A stretch of DNA of 64,000 bases from Diplonema japonicum (taxonomy: Eukaryota; Protista; Euglenozoa: Diplonemea), in the NCBI GenBank assembly GCA_964019335.1, contig OZ025661.1, forward strand, positions 558,001 through 622,000, written 5' to 3'. Below the pieces are notes generated by a model that ran no database searches, had not been told where the DNA came from, and worked only from the letters and a program-made list of their open reading frames with translations. Positions 38,091-50,200 of this stretch are shown piece after piece. Position 1 is the stretch's first letter; every line of letters starts with the position of its first letter. The position numbers and the translations under genes were made by a program.

Positions 38091-39410
38091 ATGTCTGAGG
38101 AGAAGCTGCCTGTGAGCTTCGAGGACATCTCGACAGCCGCGTACAGGATCAGGAACGGCGTGGTGAGGTCCCCTGTGAGCAAGGCCAGCCCCTTGGTGGG
38201 CGGCAACACCGGCGAGTTGTGGCTGAAGCACGAGCACAGGCAGACCACCGGGTCCTTCAAGGAACGGGGCGCTCTGAATACGCTACTCCAGCTCAGCGAC
38301 GAGAAGAGGAGGATAGGCGTCATCGCCGCCAGCGCGGGGAACCACGCCCTCGCCCTCGCGTACCACGGCAAAAGGTTAGACATCCCTGTCACCGTTGTCA
38401 TGCCGACCTTCGCACCGCTAGCAAAGGTATCACGTTGCAGGGACCTCGGTGCCGCGGTTCACCTTTACGGTGCGAACATCCAAGAAGCTCGTTCGCATGC
38501 TCTGACAATGGTGAAGGACTCGGGGCAGGAGTACATCAATGGGTACGACGACGCCAACATCATTGCAGGGGCGGGGACCATCGGCATTGAAATCCTCGAA
38601 CAAGTCCCCGAGGCGGAGGTCTTAGTGGTGCCCATCGGGGGTGCGGGGCTCATCGCAGGGATCTCAATGGCGGTTAAGAAACTCCGTCCAAACATCACCG
38701 TTATCGGAGTCGAACCAAAGAACTGCGATTCGTACACGCAGGCTCTTATCGCAGGCGAGCCGGTGAGCGCGACAACGCGTCCGACACTTGCAGACGGGTT
38801 GAACGTGCCTACGGTGGGTGGGAACGCGTTTGCTATCTCGCGACGTTATGTTGACAAGGTGATCACTGTCGATGAGAAATGGATTGCCCTGGCGATCCTT
38901 CGTGTTCTTGAAGGGGAGCGGATGGTTGTCGAGGGTGGCGGTGCTACCGGCGTCGCAGGTCTTCTGTCCGGCCAGCTTCCGGAGCTCGCCAATAAAAAAG
39001 TTGTCACCGTCCTGTGCGGATCCAACGTGGATATGACAGTTCTCGGTCGTGTTATTGAAAGGGGTTTGTATGTCGAAGGCAGGCTTGTTCAGCTCACGGT
39101 GCCCATTTCCGACCGTCCTGGTGGCCTCGCCGACCTCGCCAAGGCACTGGCCGATCTTGGAGCCAACGTCATGGACATGACCCACCAGCGTGCCTTCATC
39201 TCAGACATCAACGTTGTATCCGTCTACTGCACACTTGAAGTCCGCGACAAGGAGCACCGCAGTTCTATCATCGCCAGCCTCATCGAACGCGGTTTCGATC
39301 CCCAGCTCCAGGGTGAGACTCCTTCTGTTAGGGACACCAGCAGGCTGCACTCTGCTGGCCGCCACGACGGTTCTGACTCAATCACCGCTGGCAGCATGTC
39401 CAAACTCTGA
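38091..39410 (+). CDS. ilvA: Threonine dehydratase (PLP-dependent) with C-terminal ACT domain
   Basis: TGSFKERGA (PLP lysine), SAGNHA, PIGGAGL, TLADGL, and ACT motif ISDRPGGL. Confidence 0.93.
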   Translation: MSEEKLPVSFEDISTAAYRIRNGVVRSPVSKASPLVGGNTGELWLKHEHRQTTGSFKERGALNTLLQLSDEKRRIGVIAASAGNHALALAYHGKRLDIPVTVVMPTFAPLAKVSRCRDLGAAVHLYGANIQEARSHALTMVKDSGQEYINGYDDANIIAGAGTIGIEILEQVPEAEVLVVPIGGAGLIAGISMAVKKLRPNITVIGVEPKNCDSYTQALIAGEPVSATTRPTLADGLNVPTVGGNAFAISRRYVDKVITVDEKWIALAILRVLEGERMVVEGGGATGVAGLLSGQLPELANKKVVTVLCGSNVDMTVLGRVIERGLYVEGRLVQLTVPISDRPGGLADLAKALADLGANVMDMTHQRAFISDINVVSVYCTLEVRDKEHRSSIIASLIERGFDPQLQGETPSVRDTSRLHSAGRHDGSDSITAGSMSKL

Positions 39411-39535
39411 GAGGAGAGATGCAGTTTATCCCTTTTTTTTTTTCCTTCCCCCTTCCCAAGTTTTTTTTTACACTATCTAAAAAGACAGGAAAATGTTCTA
39501 TAGTGGTCAATTATGGGGGCTCGCTGACCCTCATT

Positions 39536-39617
39536 GGCAAGATGGCCGAGCGGTCTAAGGCGCTACGTTCAGGTCGTAGTCTCTTCGGGGGCGTGGGTTC
39601 AAACCCCACTCTTGTCA
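39536..39617 (+). tRNA. tRNA-Leu(CAG)
   Basis: Acceptor GGCAAGA/TCTTGTC, anticodon arm ctacg-ttCAGgt-cgtag, long variable arm, GTTCAAA T-loop, downstream T-run. Confidence 0.96.
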
Positions 39618-40268
39618 TTTTTAAACTATTCCCATTTTCTTTTTTTGTTTCTCTTCTCTTTTTTTCGTGTGAAATGTACATCCTCCCATTTAAGGAGCTA
39701 GAGGGTCACAGAATGACTTTCTGGCAGCATAGCCGCTTGCTTTTGTGCCCCTCTGTACATGTCCCGTGCCCTTATTAGATATACAGAGCATGTGCTTTTT
39801 TTCTCTTTTTTTTTTCGTTTGCTAAACCTCGAAACCAGAAATAAAACAAAACTAGAAGAAAAAAAACAAAACGTGCAACTTTTCATCTCTTTTTTTACAA
39901 AAGAAACAAGTAGGAAGGACGGGGTGCAGCGAGCTTGGGCACTTCCTTATACCATTCTTTTTTTTTACCCTCTTTTTTTTAAAGTGGTCCCTCCTCCTTT
40001 CCGAAGGGGTGCTCTCTCAAAGGTATCACTTCTTTGGGATACATTTCTGCCACTTTTAAAAAGAAAACGAAGCAAAGGTTTTAGCGAAAAACAAAAAATA
40101 AAACAAAAATGTATTTTAACACACTTTTTCTTTTTTTCCGACTCCCCTCCCCTTCGTTTTTTTTTTTTTTTTGCCCAGTCCTTAAGTATCCAAACTCAGC
40201 AACAGGAGCGAGAGGAGGGTGGGAGGTGGGGGGGGGGGCATCGAGGAGGGGGTGGGGGAGGAGAGCCG

Positions 40269-41121
40269 ATGTCAGGGTGCTACAACTGCGGGCAGCTCGG
40301 CCACTACGCACGGGAATGTCCGCAAGGGGGGCAGGGAAAATGCTACACATGCGGCCAAATGGGACACTTCTCCCGGGAGTGCCCGCAACTGGGTGCACAG
40401 AGCGGGGACGGACAAAACATGGGAATGGGAATGGGCATGGGCATGGGTGTGGCCGGAAAGGGTGGGTGCTATAGCTGTGGACAACTGGGACACTACTCAA
40501 GGTATCATCGCACACTTTTAGGGGGCGGAGATAACTAAAACACCCAGAGACTGCACAAGGAACGGAGGCTTCTACAACCCCAAGTGCTATGCATGTGGGA
40601 GGTACGGTCATGTGTCACGGTGTGCAGCTCAACAACAAAACAAAAACAAAAAATAGAGACTGCACGGAAGAGAGCAAACCAGGCAGCTGTTACAACTGCG
40701 GGAAGCAAGGGCACGTTGCAAGGTACACACAACAACAACAACAACAAAAAAAAAAAGGGAGTGTCCTCACGGAGGCGAACGGTGCTACAGCTGCGGGGAG
40801 CAAGGCCACTACGCAAGGGAGTGTCCGCAGCTGGGAGGCACAAGCAGTACTTGTTACGTGTGCGGCGAACCGGGTCACTTTGCCAGGGAGTGCAGGAGCA
40901 ACATGGGTGGCAGCGGTCCCGTCAGTGCCAACGGCAGGGGTGATGAGATGACGAATATGAATATGAACATGAACATGGGTATGGGTAAGGGTAAGGGTGA
41001 CGCGCGAGGAATGGGTGGATTTAGCAGGCTGCAAGACACTCAATCTGGCACAGGCACTTGCTTCACTTGCGGGCAACCGGGGCATTTCTCTAGAGAATGC
41101 TTGTCTGCTCCAAAATACTGA
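40269..41121 (+). CDS. CCHC zinc-knuckle protein (CNBP/UMSBP-like), 8 knuckles, 4 exons
   Basis: Exons 40269-40501, 40548-40619, 40657-40722, 40758-41121. Removing the GT-AG introns (46, 37, 35 nt) restores the CxxCxxxGHxxRxC repeats in frame. Confidence 0.9.
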
Positions 41122-41347
41122 GAATGGAGAAGAAGAAAAAATGCCTTCTTAAACGACAAGTGTAGGGATGAGAAAGAACCACTCTCCCCCCCCCGCCATA
41201 TAGTTTTTTTTTTTTTTTTTTTTTTTTTTCTTGTCAACGAACGTATTTTTTTTTCTTCCATATCCCAAGGAAGTACAAAGAAAAAAAAAGAGAGAGAGAG
41301 GGGGGGAAGAGGGGAAGGGGGGGGGAAAATTAATTTTAAAAAAAATG

Positions 41348-41438
41348 CTGTAAAAAGGAAAATTACCGGAAGGAAAAAATGTCCGGAAGCCCTGGCTGAC
41401 CGGATGATTTTTCTTCCGGGTAATTTTTCCTTTTACAG
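41348..41438. mobile_element. ~90-bp MITE of the pogo-like family
   Basis: Arms ctgtaaaaaggaaaattaccggaag / cttccgggtaatttttccttttacag, flanked by TG/TA; same termini as 4779 and 37260. Confidence 0.7.
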
Positions 41439-41885
41439 TAATAAAAAAATAAAAAACGCTCTAACCCACCCCCCATCCCTACTGTTTCCTTTCCTTTCCT
41501 TCCCCTCTCTCTCTCACACCCCCCCCCTACTTCGAAACTTTTATCCATCGTCCCTGCAAAACTCGAACACAAAGTATTCTTTTTCTTTTTAATCTGCTCC
41601 CATTCTTCCATCCTTCCTGTTTACAAAAAAATACATAAGAAAAAGGTTTTCTTTTCTTTTCTTTCTTTTTTTTTTTCCGAGCCTTGTGCCCCGCTTTTTT
41701 TTCCCCCCCTTTTTTTTCCACCTCCCCCCCCCCCCTTTTTTTTCCTTCTAATGAAACGTGTTCCCTGCAGCTTGCTCCGGCTTCGGTTAATAAGCATTAA
41801 GCCCTTGGATCGCTTCCCAACACCTCTCCTACCACACAGGGTTACGGGTGTAAGGGGGTACTGCTCGACAGCCGAAATAAGACAG

Positions 41886-43578
41886 ATGTCTGGACACGGA
41901 AGAGAAGCACACGAGGCAACATGGAAGGGGTATGTGGAGGACTGTGTGGCGATGCCGTGCTCCATGATCTTTGGGAGCAAGGAGAAGCTTGTGTTAGATA
42001 AGAAGAAGAAGTTGTGCATCGTGGGCACAAAGGAAAGCCTTGCTGAAGTGGAGAAATCCGGGATCGTTCCGAAGGGACTTCTTGCAACATACTCCGCGAT
42101 GGTGAAGAAGATCACTCCCTCCTCGCTGAAGTGCGCTTCACTGTCGCAGAACATCTTCGACGGCTCCATTGAAGACCTTGTCATCGGCTGTGTCACTCAG
42201 GAAGCATCCCGGCACAGCAGCCCTTTCCGTGCAGACCAGGTCCGTGATTTTGTGAACAAACATGTTCCCTCTAACGCCACCACTGCCTTGGTCATCGCGG
42301 CACCTTCTGCTGATGCTGCGTTCGCGTACATCAGCAGCGCTCCCAAGGGCCACCACCTCGGGAAGTTCAAAGGTGCGTTGGACGGGTTCGAACCCTCGTT
42401 GGCACCGATTCCCGTTACCGTTCTGACCGCCGGCGTGCCCATTGACGAGAAGCACAACAAACGTGCCAACATCATCGCAGAGTCCATTCAGCTGACCGGA
42501 CGTCTTGTCGACTCCCCTGCCAACTTCCTCAACACGAAAACGTATGCTGAAATTACGGAGGGCATCAGCAAGAAGTTCGGTTTCGGGTGCGACGTGCTTC
42601 GCGGCGAGGAACTTCAGGCAAAGGGCATGAACGTGCTCTTCACCGTGGGGAGAGCCGCCGAGTACGGGTCAGCCCTTGTTGTCATGACGCACAACCCTGA
42701 GAAGAAGGATGATGATGCGGAGGTCGTGTGCTGGGCTGGGAAGGGTATTGTGTACGACACAGGCGGTCTCAACATCAAGTCCACGGCAGGGATGTGCGGC
42801 ATGAAGCACGACATGGGTGGATCTGCCGGCGTGCTCGGTGCATTTGTCGCAGCGTGCCGTCTTGGTGTCCGCACCAAGCTGCACGCCCTCCTCGCACTGG
42901 CCGATAATGCCGTCAACGAGAACTCCTGCAGGCCCGACGACATCCTCCGTTGCTTGTCAGGGAAGACCATTGAAATAAACAACACCGACGCAGAGGGGCG
43001 CCTCGTGCTCTCCGACGCTGTTGCCTATGCCCACAAGTACCTCAAGCCTACCTGTCTTGTTGACATGGCAACCCTCACTGGAGCTCAGGTATGGAGGGGA
43101 AAAAAAATAGGGACAAAAAAATAGCTATTTACTGCCAACAAGTAATGACTTTACCGTTACCTCGAGAGGTCGGTAAAGCATTACTTGGCGGTAGGTAAGT
43201 GGTTTTATTTCACGACACTCGGAAATTACTTCACCACGAGGGGCACAACAGGGTGACAAGGGGTACAACAAGAGAGGGGTTACAAAGGTTACAATACAAG
43301 TTGTTTTCCCCAGAAACTGGGAACAAGGCCTAGCCAAAAGTGGGCAAATTGGGAGGAAAAAGTAGTCCAACTTGGAACTGAGCCGAGGCAAAAGTTGGCC
43401 AATTGAGCTGAACCTGGGGGAAATTAGCAAACTGAGAGGAAAAAGTAGCCCACCGAACCGAGGCAAAAATTGGCCTACCGAGGCATATTATTTAACGGAA
43501 ACCCCCTATTACTTCACGGAAAACAGGCCATTATTTCACCGTGAAGTAATGAGTTTAGCGTGAAGTAATTTCTGAAGA

Positions 43579-43612
<34 letters not shown>

Positions 43613-44001
43613 TGTCGCCACTGGGAAGCACTTCGCCGCTATCTGCGCAAACACTGACGACATTGAAGCCAGGGCCCTTTCCGCTGGGAAGCAATCCGGT
43701 GACCAGTATGGCAATAACGGGGGGACATCACAACAAAACAAAAAGGTGCTTCCCTGTCGTGTTCGCACCGGAGTTCCTCCTTCCCGAGTTCGACAGCGAC
43801 TTCGCTGATATGAAGAATAGCGTTGCCAATAGGGCCAACGGACAGGTCTCTTGCGCAGGGCTTTTCATCTACAACTGTGGGTTCGGTGGGGAGTTCAAGG
43901 GTGACTGGTTGCACATAGACATGGCATACCCTGCCACTGCCGACAACAAGAGCACTTCTTTTGGTGTTGCCCTCTTGTTGAAACTCATTAAGGCTGTTTG
44001 A
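41886..44001 (+). CDS. NPEPL1: M17 leucyl aminopeptidase, NPEPL1-like, 3 exons
   Basis: GKGIVYDTGG, MKHDMGG, NTDAEGRL, DMATLTGAQ|GVATGK, ADMKNSV, SCAGLFI. Introns 43089-43610 and 43706-43745. Start codon inferred. Confidence 0.9.
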
Positions 44002-44122
44002 TTGCACACTCACTTATGGTTTGGTTGTCCCACTTATAAAAGGATGACAAACTAATTTTATTTTGGGGGTTGTTAAGAGACAATGACAAACTATTTATTT
44101 TTGGGGGCTGGTAAGTGGCGTG

Positions 44123-44195
44123 AGCAGAGTGGCGCAGTGGTCAGCGCGGTGGGCCCATAACCCACAGGTCGTAGGATCGAAACCTACCTCTGCTA
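44123..44195 (+). tRNA. Initiator tRNA-Met(CAT)
   Basis: A1:U72 pair, three G-C pairs in the anticodon stem (gtggg-ccCATaa-cccac), GATCGAAA T-loop, T-run terminator. Confidence 0.96.
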
Positions 44196-44259
44196 GTTTT
44201 TTAATTTGTTACCAGCATTTTTTATTTCGATTTTTTCCATCCACACAGGGTGTTGGCCA

Positions 44260-47200
44260 ATGAGCTATAACCATGGAGGAACGAGGTACCCGGTGCTGCA
44301 AAAAGTGAGTCCTATGGGGAGCCCCAGGAGTTCGTGTTCTGGGAGCCCTCATGGAAGTATGAAGTCCTGTTTGAGGGGGTCAGGATTAGCTCATCGCCCA
44401 GCCAGCCCTGGAGCGAGCTCGGACGGCTCTTTTCAGAGAAGCCTGCAACGAAGCAACATGAGCGGGAGTGGGAGGCTTCCGCCTGCAGTGTGCAGCCCCA
44501 CGTATCCTTCGCGGAGCTCGGTCTCGGCTTCGTCAAGCTTTTCCAGCGCAAGCATCACATCCCTGAGACGGCCAGGAACCCCTCAAATCGATCGTTCTGG
44601 CTGGCTTGAAAAACACTATGAAAACCGACTGACACCAAAGAAACGGTACTACTGCCTTCTGACGGAGTCATCGTTGAGGTACTACACAGAAAATGTGGGC
44701 GACGGGAGGGATGCGAAACCGAGGAGAGAGATACCTTTGCATGGAACGGAACTGAGCGTGAACCAAGCCAACCAGCGCATGGCCTTAACGGTAATGGGCC
44801 CGGAACGGAAAAGATACGAGTTCGGGGTCATCAATGGGACGGTTGACGAGTGGGCTCGCGACATCGCACAGTGCATCAGGAGAAGGGACTCCGTGGTCCT
44901 TCGATCAGCGTCGATAAGAGGGCATTGTGGTGGCTTCGACAAACTTTTAGAGAATTATCGAAAATACGCCTCCGCAGTGGTCACGGCGGACACCGATGCG
45001 TCTGATGTACATGGCTTGGCGAAGTGCGTGCAGAACTTGCTGGATCCGAGCCAACTGGCGTTGTCGAAACTAGAAGACTTACCGACACGCGGTACCTTTT
45101 TAAAGGACACCCTGGGCTCGATCTGGGACCACTTCGACACCGATCGTGACGGGTATCTCTCGCAACGCGAAGCCGAGTCCTTGTTCAAGCAGCACCTTGC
45201 AGCGATGAAACGCCACGCGCCGAACCTTGTCGACGACATTATCAAAAGAGTCTTCAGGCTGTTCATCCCTTCGGATAAACAGGTTCCGGAGGAGTATTTA
45301 AACGCGATCCGGTCCAAAGCCGAATACGGCTTGACGTCATTCTTCGGGACTCTCGAAAGAGACCTCCCTTCGATCACACATGAGTTGCTGGCGAAGCTGG
45401 ACTCGAACCGAGACGGCCGGGTTGAAAAAACAGAGTTTATGCAGATGTTTTTGAAATGCTCGGAGATCGCCGATCTGGGCCCCGCTATACAGTCCACCGT
45501 AGGCGATGAAATCGCTCATCAGATGAGGTGCCTCATCGATAAAGCACTGAAGAAGCCTCCTGGGACGTGCGGGCTTAAAAATCTTGGAAACACATGTTAC
45601 ATGAACGCCGCAATACAGTGTCTATCGGCGACTGTAAGGCTGCGGCAGTTCTTTATATCAGGGACCTATAAAAACTACATAAACACGAAGAACAAACTGG
45701 GGACGCAAGGACGGCTCGCAACTGCGTACGCTGTGATGATGGACGAAATGTGGGGTGGGAAGGATGTTTATGCACCGTCGTTATTCAAGAAGGAGCTTGG
45801 CCGTTCGAACGAGCAGTTTGCAGGATGGGGTCAGGAAGACTCCCAAGAACTCGTCGCTTTTCTTCTAGACCGCCTTCACGAAGATTTGAACCACGTTACC
45901 CAAAAAACATATGTGGAGCTGAAAGATCCACCAAGGGCGACAGACGAACAGCTCGCTTCACTTTGGTGGGACCACCACATCCGGCAAAACCTCGGTGTTG
46001 TTGTTTCTCTCTTCCACGGCCAGTTGAAATCTGTTGTGACATGTCTCAAGTGCGGCCACACATCGAAGGCTTTCGATCCCATAATGTACCTCTCGGTCCC
46101 GATACCCGAAAAGGTGGGCAAGACCAGTCTGTCAGCATGCTTCGACTCCTACATGGGGCGCGAAGAGGTCAAAGGCAAAGACGAGTGGTACTGCAGTACT
46201 TGCAAAACCCACAGGCCCTTCCGAAAGGAAGTCTCCCTGTGGAAACTTCCCAGATATCTCATTGTGCATCTCAAGAGATTTACATACTCTGTGTACGGCA
46301 CCATCTCCAGCAAACTCGACACTTCAGTCGATTTCCCGATGTGCTTCTCCCCTGAACGGTGGCTTGCTCGGAGTATGGGTGACACTTTAGCAACGTATGG
46401 AAGAAGAAAAAAAAAAAGGGGGGGAAAAAAAAAAGGACGCCTCCCGATGAATATCTCGCCGAAGTTACACAGATACCATATCTCTCGCCTCGGACACCTA
46501 ATTTGTATGAGGAGGGTGGGAGGGGATTGAACACACGACGATCAAACCACAGGAGCTCACCCGTTACGTCGCCTCTTAAGAGGAGAAAGGACTTTCCCAG
46601 TAACCCTGCTGAGTTAGGTTTGTTTTCATTTCGATTTCAAATTTGGGCCCTGGGCGTGTGAAGATACCCGAAAGGGCCGACGGCTCCACCTGGAAGTGCC
46701 GGGTGGAAAAACACTGTTGCAAGCAAAAGCTCCAAAAAATTGCCTTCAATGTCACACTCATTTTCACCTGATAGGTGTCTGGCGAATTTTGTAATACTTG
46801 TAGATTTTTAAGTTTACCATTTACTCATTCCTGAAATCTTGTGCTACAAAAAAAAGTACACATGGTCGGGATTGAACCGACGATCTCTCGCGTGTGGGGC
46901 GAGCGTCCTAACCACTAGACGACACGTGCTATAATAACCACTGGGGAATAATAATAATAAATATTCCACTACCAGGCGGGAGGATCGAAGGGGAGTAGAG
47001 AAAACCATTCAAGGGAAAGGGAAAGGGACATCACTTCAAACCAAGAGAGGTGTTTGAAAGTGATTCGTGAACCACTGGGGGGAACTGGGGGAGGGTGTGG
47101 GGTGTGTCCAGTCTTTTGTCTGGAGTAACCGAGAGGGCCACCACGTGGGCTGAACCTTCCCTTCGGTGCTCCGTTCCCCCTTCCTGGGACAGCCGACCTG

Positions 47201-50200
47201 GCTGATTACATTCGGGGCGGTCCCCTCGAGGCTGAACGCAGGGGCGTTCTCTTGCTGCGCCCTGCGCCCTCCCGGCCTTCCCTGTGGCTGCCTCCCGGGA
47301 GGTTGTTTCTTGGCCCATTTGCGTGTCTTGAGCAGACATCAGTGCGAAGAAGATGCCAATCGAGTAGGTGAACACCGGTAGGACGTAGGCCAGGTACAAG
47401 GACCTGAGTGATGCTGCGGAACTGCCCCAGGACGAGCCGGAGAGGAGCCGCAGTATGCGAATTCGTTTGTCGTATCTCTCGATGATGTCGCGGGCATGGG
47501 CACCGAAAGACAAGTCAGCGTCAAGGATGACCCCTAGATACTTGGCCCTATCACGCCTCGCGACGGGGACGGCCGTGGAGAATTCATACACCAGCCCTTT
47601 GGAGACGAGTGCAGAGACGTCGCGTCGTGTCGTGGCCGTGCGGTTAACGGACAGGAGCCTCCTCCCGATCAGGTGAGTAGGTCCCCCGGCGATGAGTCGG
47701 CCCTTGAGCTCCAGCGGCTGGAATTCGAAGCCCGGATGCGTCGCCCCGGTCGAGGGGTAGTAGACGTGGAAGTCGTACGGTTCGCATTTGGGGGTGGGGA
47801 CGTACAGCGTCTTCTCCCTGCTCAACTGCATCCCCCATCGTGTACACCAGTCTTCGACTGCACCCACTACCGCCGTGGCCCTGGCCTCGAGCTCAGTCCT
47901 TGTTGTGGCAGAGACTACTACCGCGACGTCGTCCGCGTAGATCGTGGAGAGCCCAGCCAGACCCTCAAGTTCCCTCGCTAGGTCGTCCACGAAGATGGTG
48001 AACAGCACTGGACCGAGTACAGAACCTTGAGGCACGCCACTCTTGATTTTGTAAGGGGTCCCCTTGACACCCTCCACGACTACCCTCGCTGTTCTGGACG
48101 TTAGGAAGGAGGAAACCCACCTGGTGTAGGCCGTAGGGAAGCGCTTCTGAGACATCTTCTGAATGAGTGCCTCGTGGTTGACCCTGTCGAACGCCTTTGA
48201 GAAGTCAAAGAGTATGGTGAGGCATGCCTCCTTAACTTCGGCGTTCCTTTTTATCGTCACATGCTGCACGATGGCGGCAACCTGCTCCTCGGTGGACCTC
48301 CCTTTCCTGAAGCCAGCCTGGGCGGGGTGAAGTCCCTCTACCATCGTTGTCGGGGAGTCAAGTAGATACGTCACGCGGGCCTCGACCATCCTTTCCATGA
48401 GCTTGCCGAGGCAGCTCGTCAGGCTGATGGGGTGGTAGGACTCAATCTTCGTGGGGTCTTTGCCCGGCTTCGGGATCGGGACGACTAGTGCCAGTTTCCA
48501 CGTGTCCGGAACTTGCCCGCTCGCCCAGGAGAGATTGAACAGCTGTAGAACGATTCTCAGGGATTCCCTACCCAGACGCATCAGCATCACGTTGAAGACT
48601 CCATCGTCGCCTGCAGCACTCTTCGTTCTCGTCCTGAGCAGTTGTCTCAGCAGTTCGTCCATCGTGAAGTAGCCCGTTCCGCCCTCGTAGGGTTCCTGCG
48701 TCTGTCCTGTTGTGTCGAGACCAGGGACAGTGTCGTCTCCGCAGATCGTCTCGTAGTAGCGTCCGAGACGATCGGCCCTAGCCTTGTTGCCTGTGAGAAG
48801 AGCGTCGCCGTGTTGAAGGGGGGGCATCGGTGGCCTCCATGACCTGCCGTCGAGCTCCTTGACTGCCTTGAATGCCGCAGGCAAGTTCTTGGAGGAGCTG
48901 AACTTGGAGCAGAGGCTCCTCCATGACTTCTCTTTGGATGCCTTCACCGTCTCGTTGACTGCATTGTTGAGCCCAGCGAGCCCTGCGTGATCTTCGGATT
49001 CCCCCCTGAGGATGGCGTCTCTGAGGGTGTCCCTTTCTTCAAAGGCCGTGTCCAGTTCGCTGTTCCACCATGGCTTCCTCTCGGTGAAACACCCGTGCCG
49101 AGGTATGTGCCTTGTTGCGGCTTCGCTCAGGGCTTCTTGGATCCTCTTGGCGAAGGTCGTGACCTGTTTGCAACCGTCCAGCCCTCGAAGCCTCCCGTCT
49201 ACAAAGTTCTGGAACGCTTCCCAGTCTGCCTTCCGGTAGTTGTACAACTCAGGCGCGTATGCTCTCCTAGTCGGCCTCAGTAGGGGGACCTCGAATTGAA
49301 GGGGTGTGTGGTCAGAGCCCAAGGAACCCAAGTGGCAAGGCGTCCTGGGTTCCCATTTATCCTTGCTGAGGATCAGGTCAAGGACAGACCTGCTCCCTCC
49401 TCTCGTCCACGTGTGGCGGTCCGGTCTGTTCCATAGCACGAAGTTCTTGTTCTCCATCCATTCCCATACGGTCCAGCCCCTGTCGTTAGCTTTCGCAGCA
49501 TGGTCCCAGCTTGAGTGGTGGGCGTTGAAGTCACCGCAGGCGATGTAGTCTTCTTCTTGGGGAAGGTCGGCCAGCTGGAGGGTCTGACCGCCTCTGGGCG
49601 GCAGGTAGAAGTTGCAGATGACCGCTTTGGAACTGTCACACCTGATTTCGACATCGAGCCTTTCCACGTCTTCGGAGACAACACAAACCACCTCGCGAGC
49701 CTGAAGGTCCTTCTTGACCAGGGTGACAAGTCCACCTCCCCTCCCACTGCCAGCCTGGGCGGTTCGGTCCTTCCTGAAGACTTGGTACCCCAGAGCCCGG
49801 AATTCGTCAGCTTGCACCAGCTTCGTTTCCTGAATGGCGATGACGTCCAGTTCCCTCTTTCTCGCTTGGTGAAGCAGCGTCGTCGTTTTGGCACCCCTTA
49901 TCGAGTTACAGTTCCACGTGACAACTCGGAGGGGGCGAAGGGACCCACAGGGCCCATGGCTAACACGTTTTGGGGACAGCGACCAGGCGCCGTTTCTTCT
50001 TCCCCGAGGGCGTCTTTGGTGAGCCTGGGGGCTTAGCGCTTGTCTGTTTGGACTCCGACGGGCCCCCCTTCAGCAGTATCGCGAGAACCTGCACTGAATT
50101 CGGAGGTCGGGTTCTCCCGCTTGGTCCCGGAGGGGGCGCTGCCCTTTGCCTTGCTGCCCGTGGTCTTCTTCTTTCCCTTCGGGTCGGGTGTGGAGGGTGC

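Noticed and set aside
43300-43490. Spaced repeats (aaaagt.g.cca..) in the aminopeptidase intron resembling an array
   Set aside because: Degenerate, irregular spacing and no cas genes; not CRISPR.
49900-49975. Programmed -1 frameshift between retrotransposon ORF1 and ORF2 at CCCCAAAAC
   Set aside because: ORF2 is +1 relative to ORF1; an ATG 2 nt after the ORF1 stop plus a 1-nt loss in a C-run explains it more simply.
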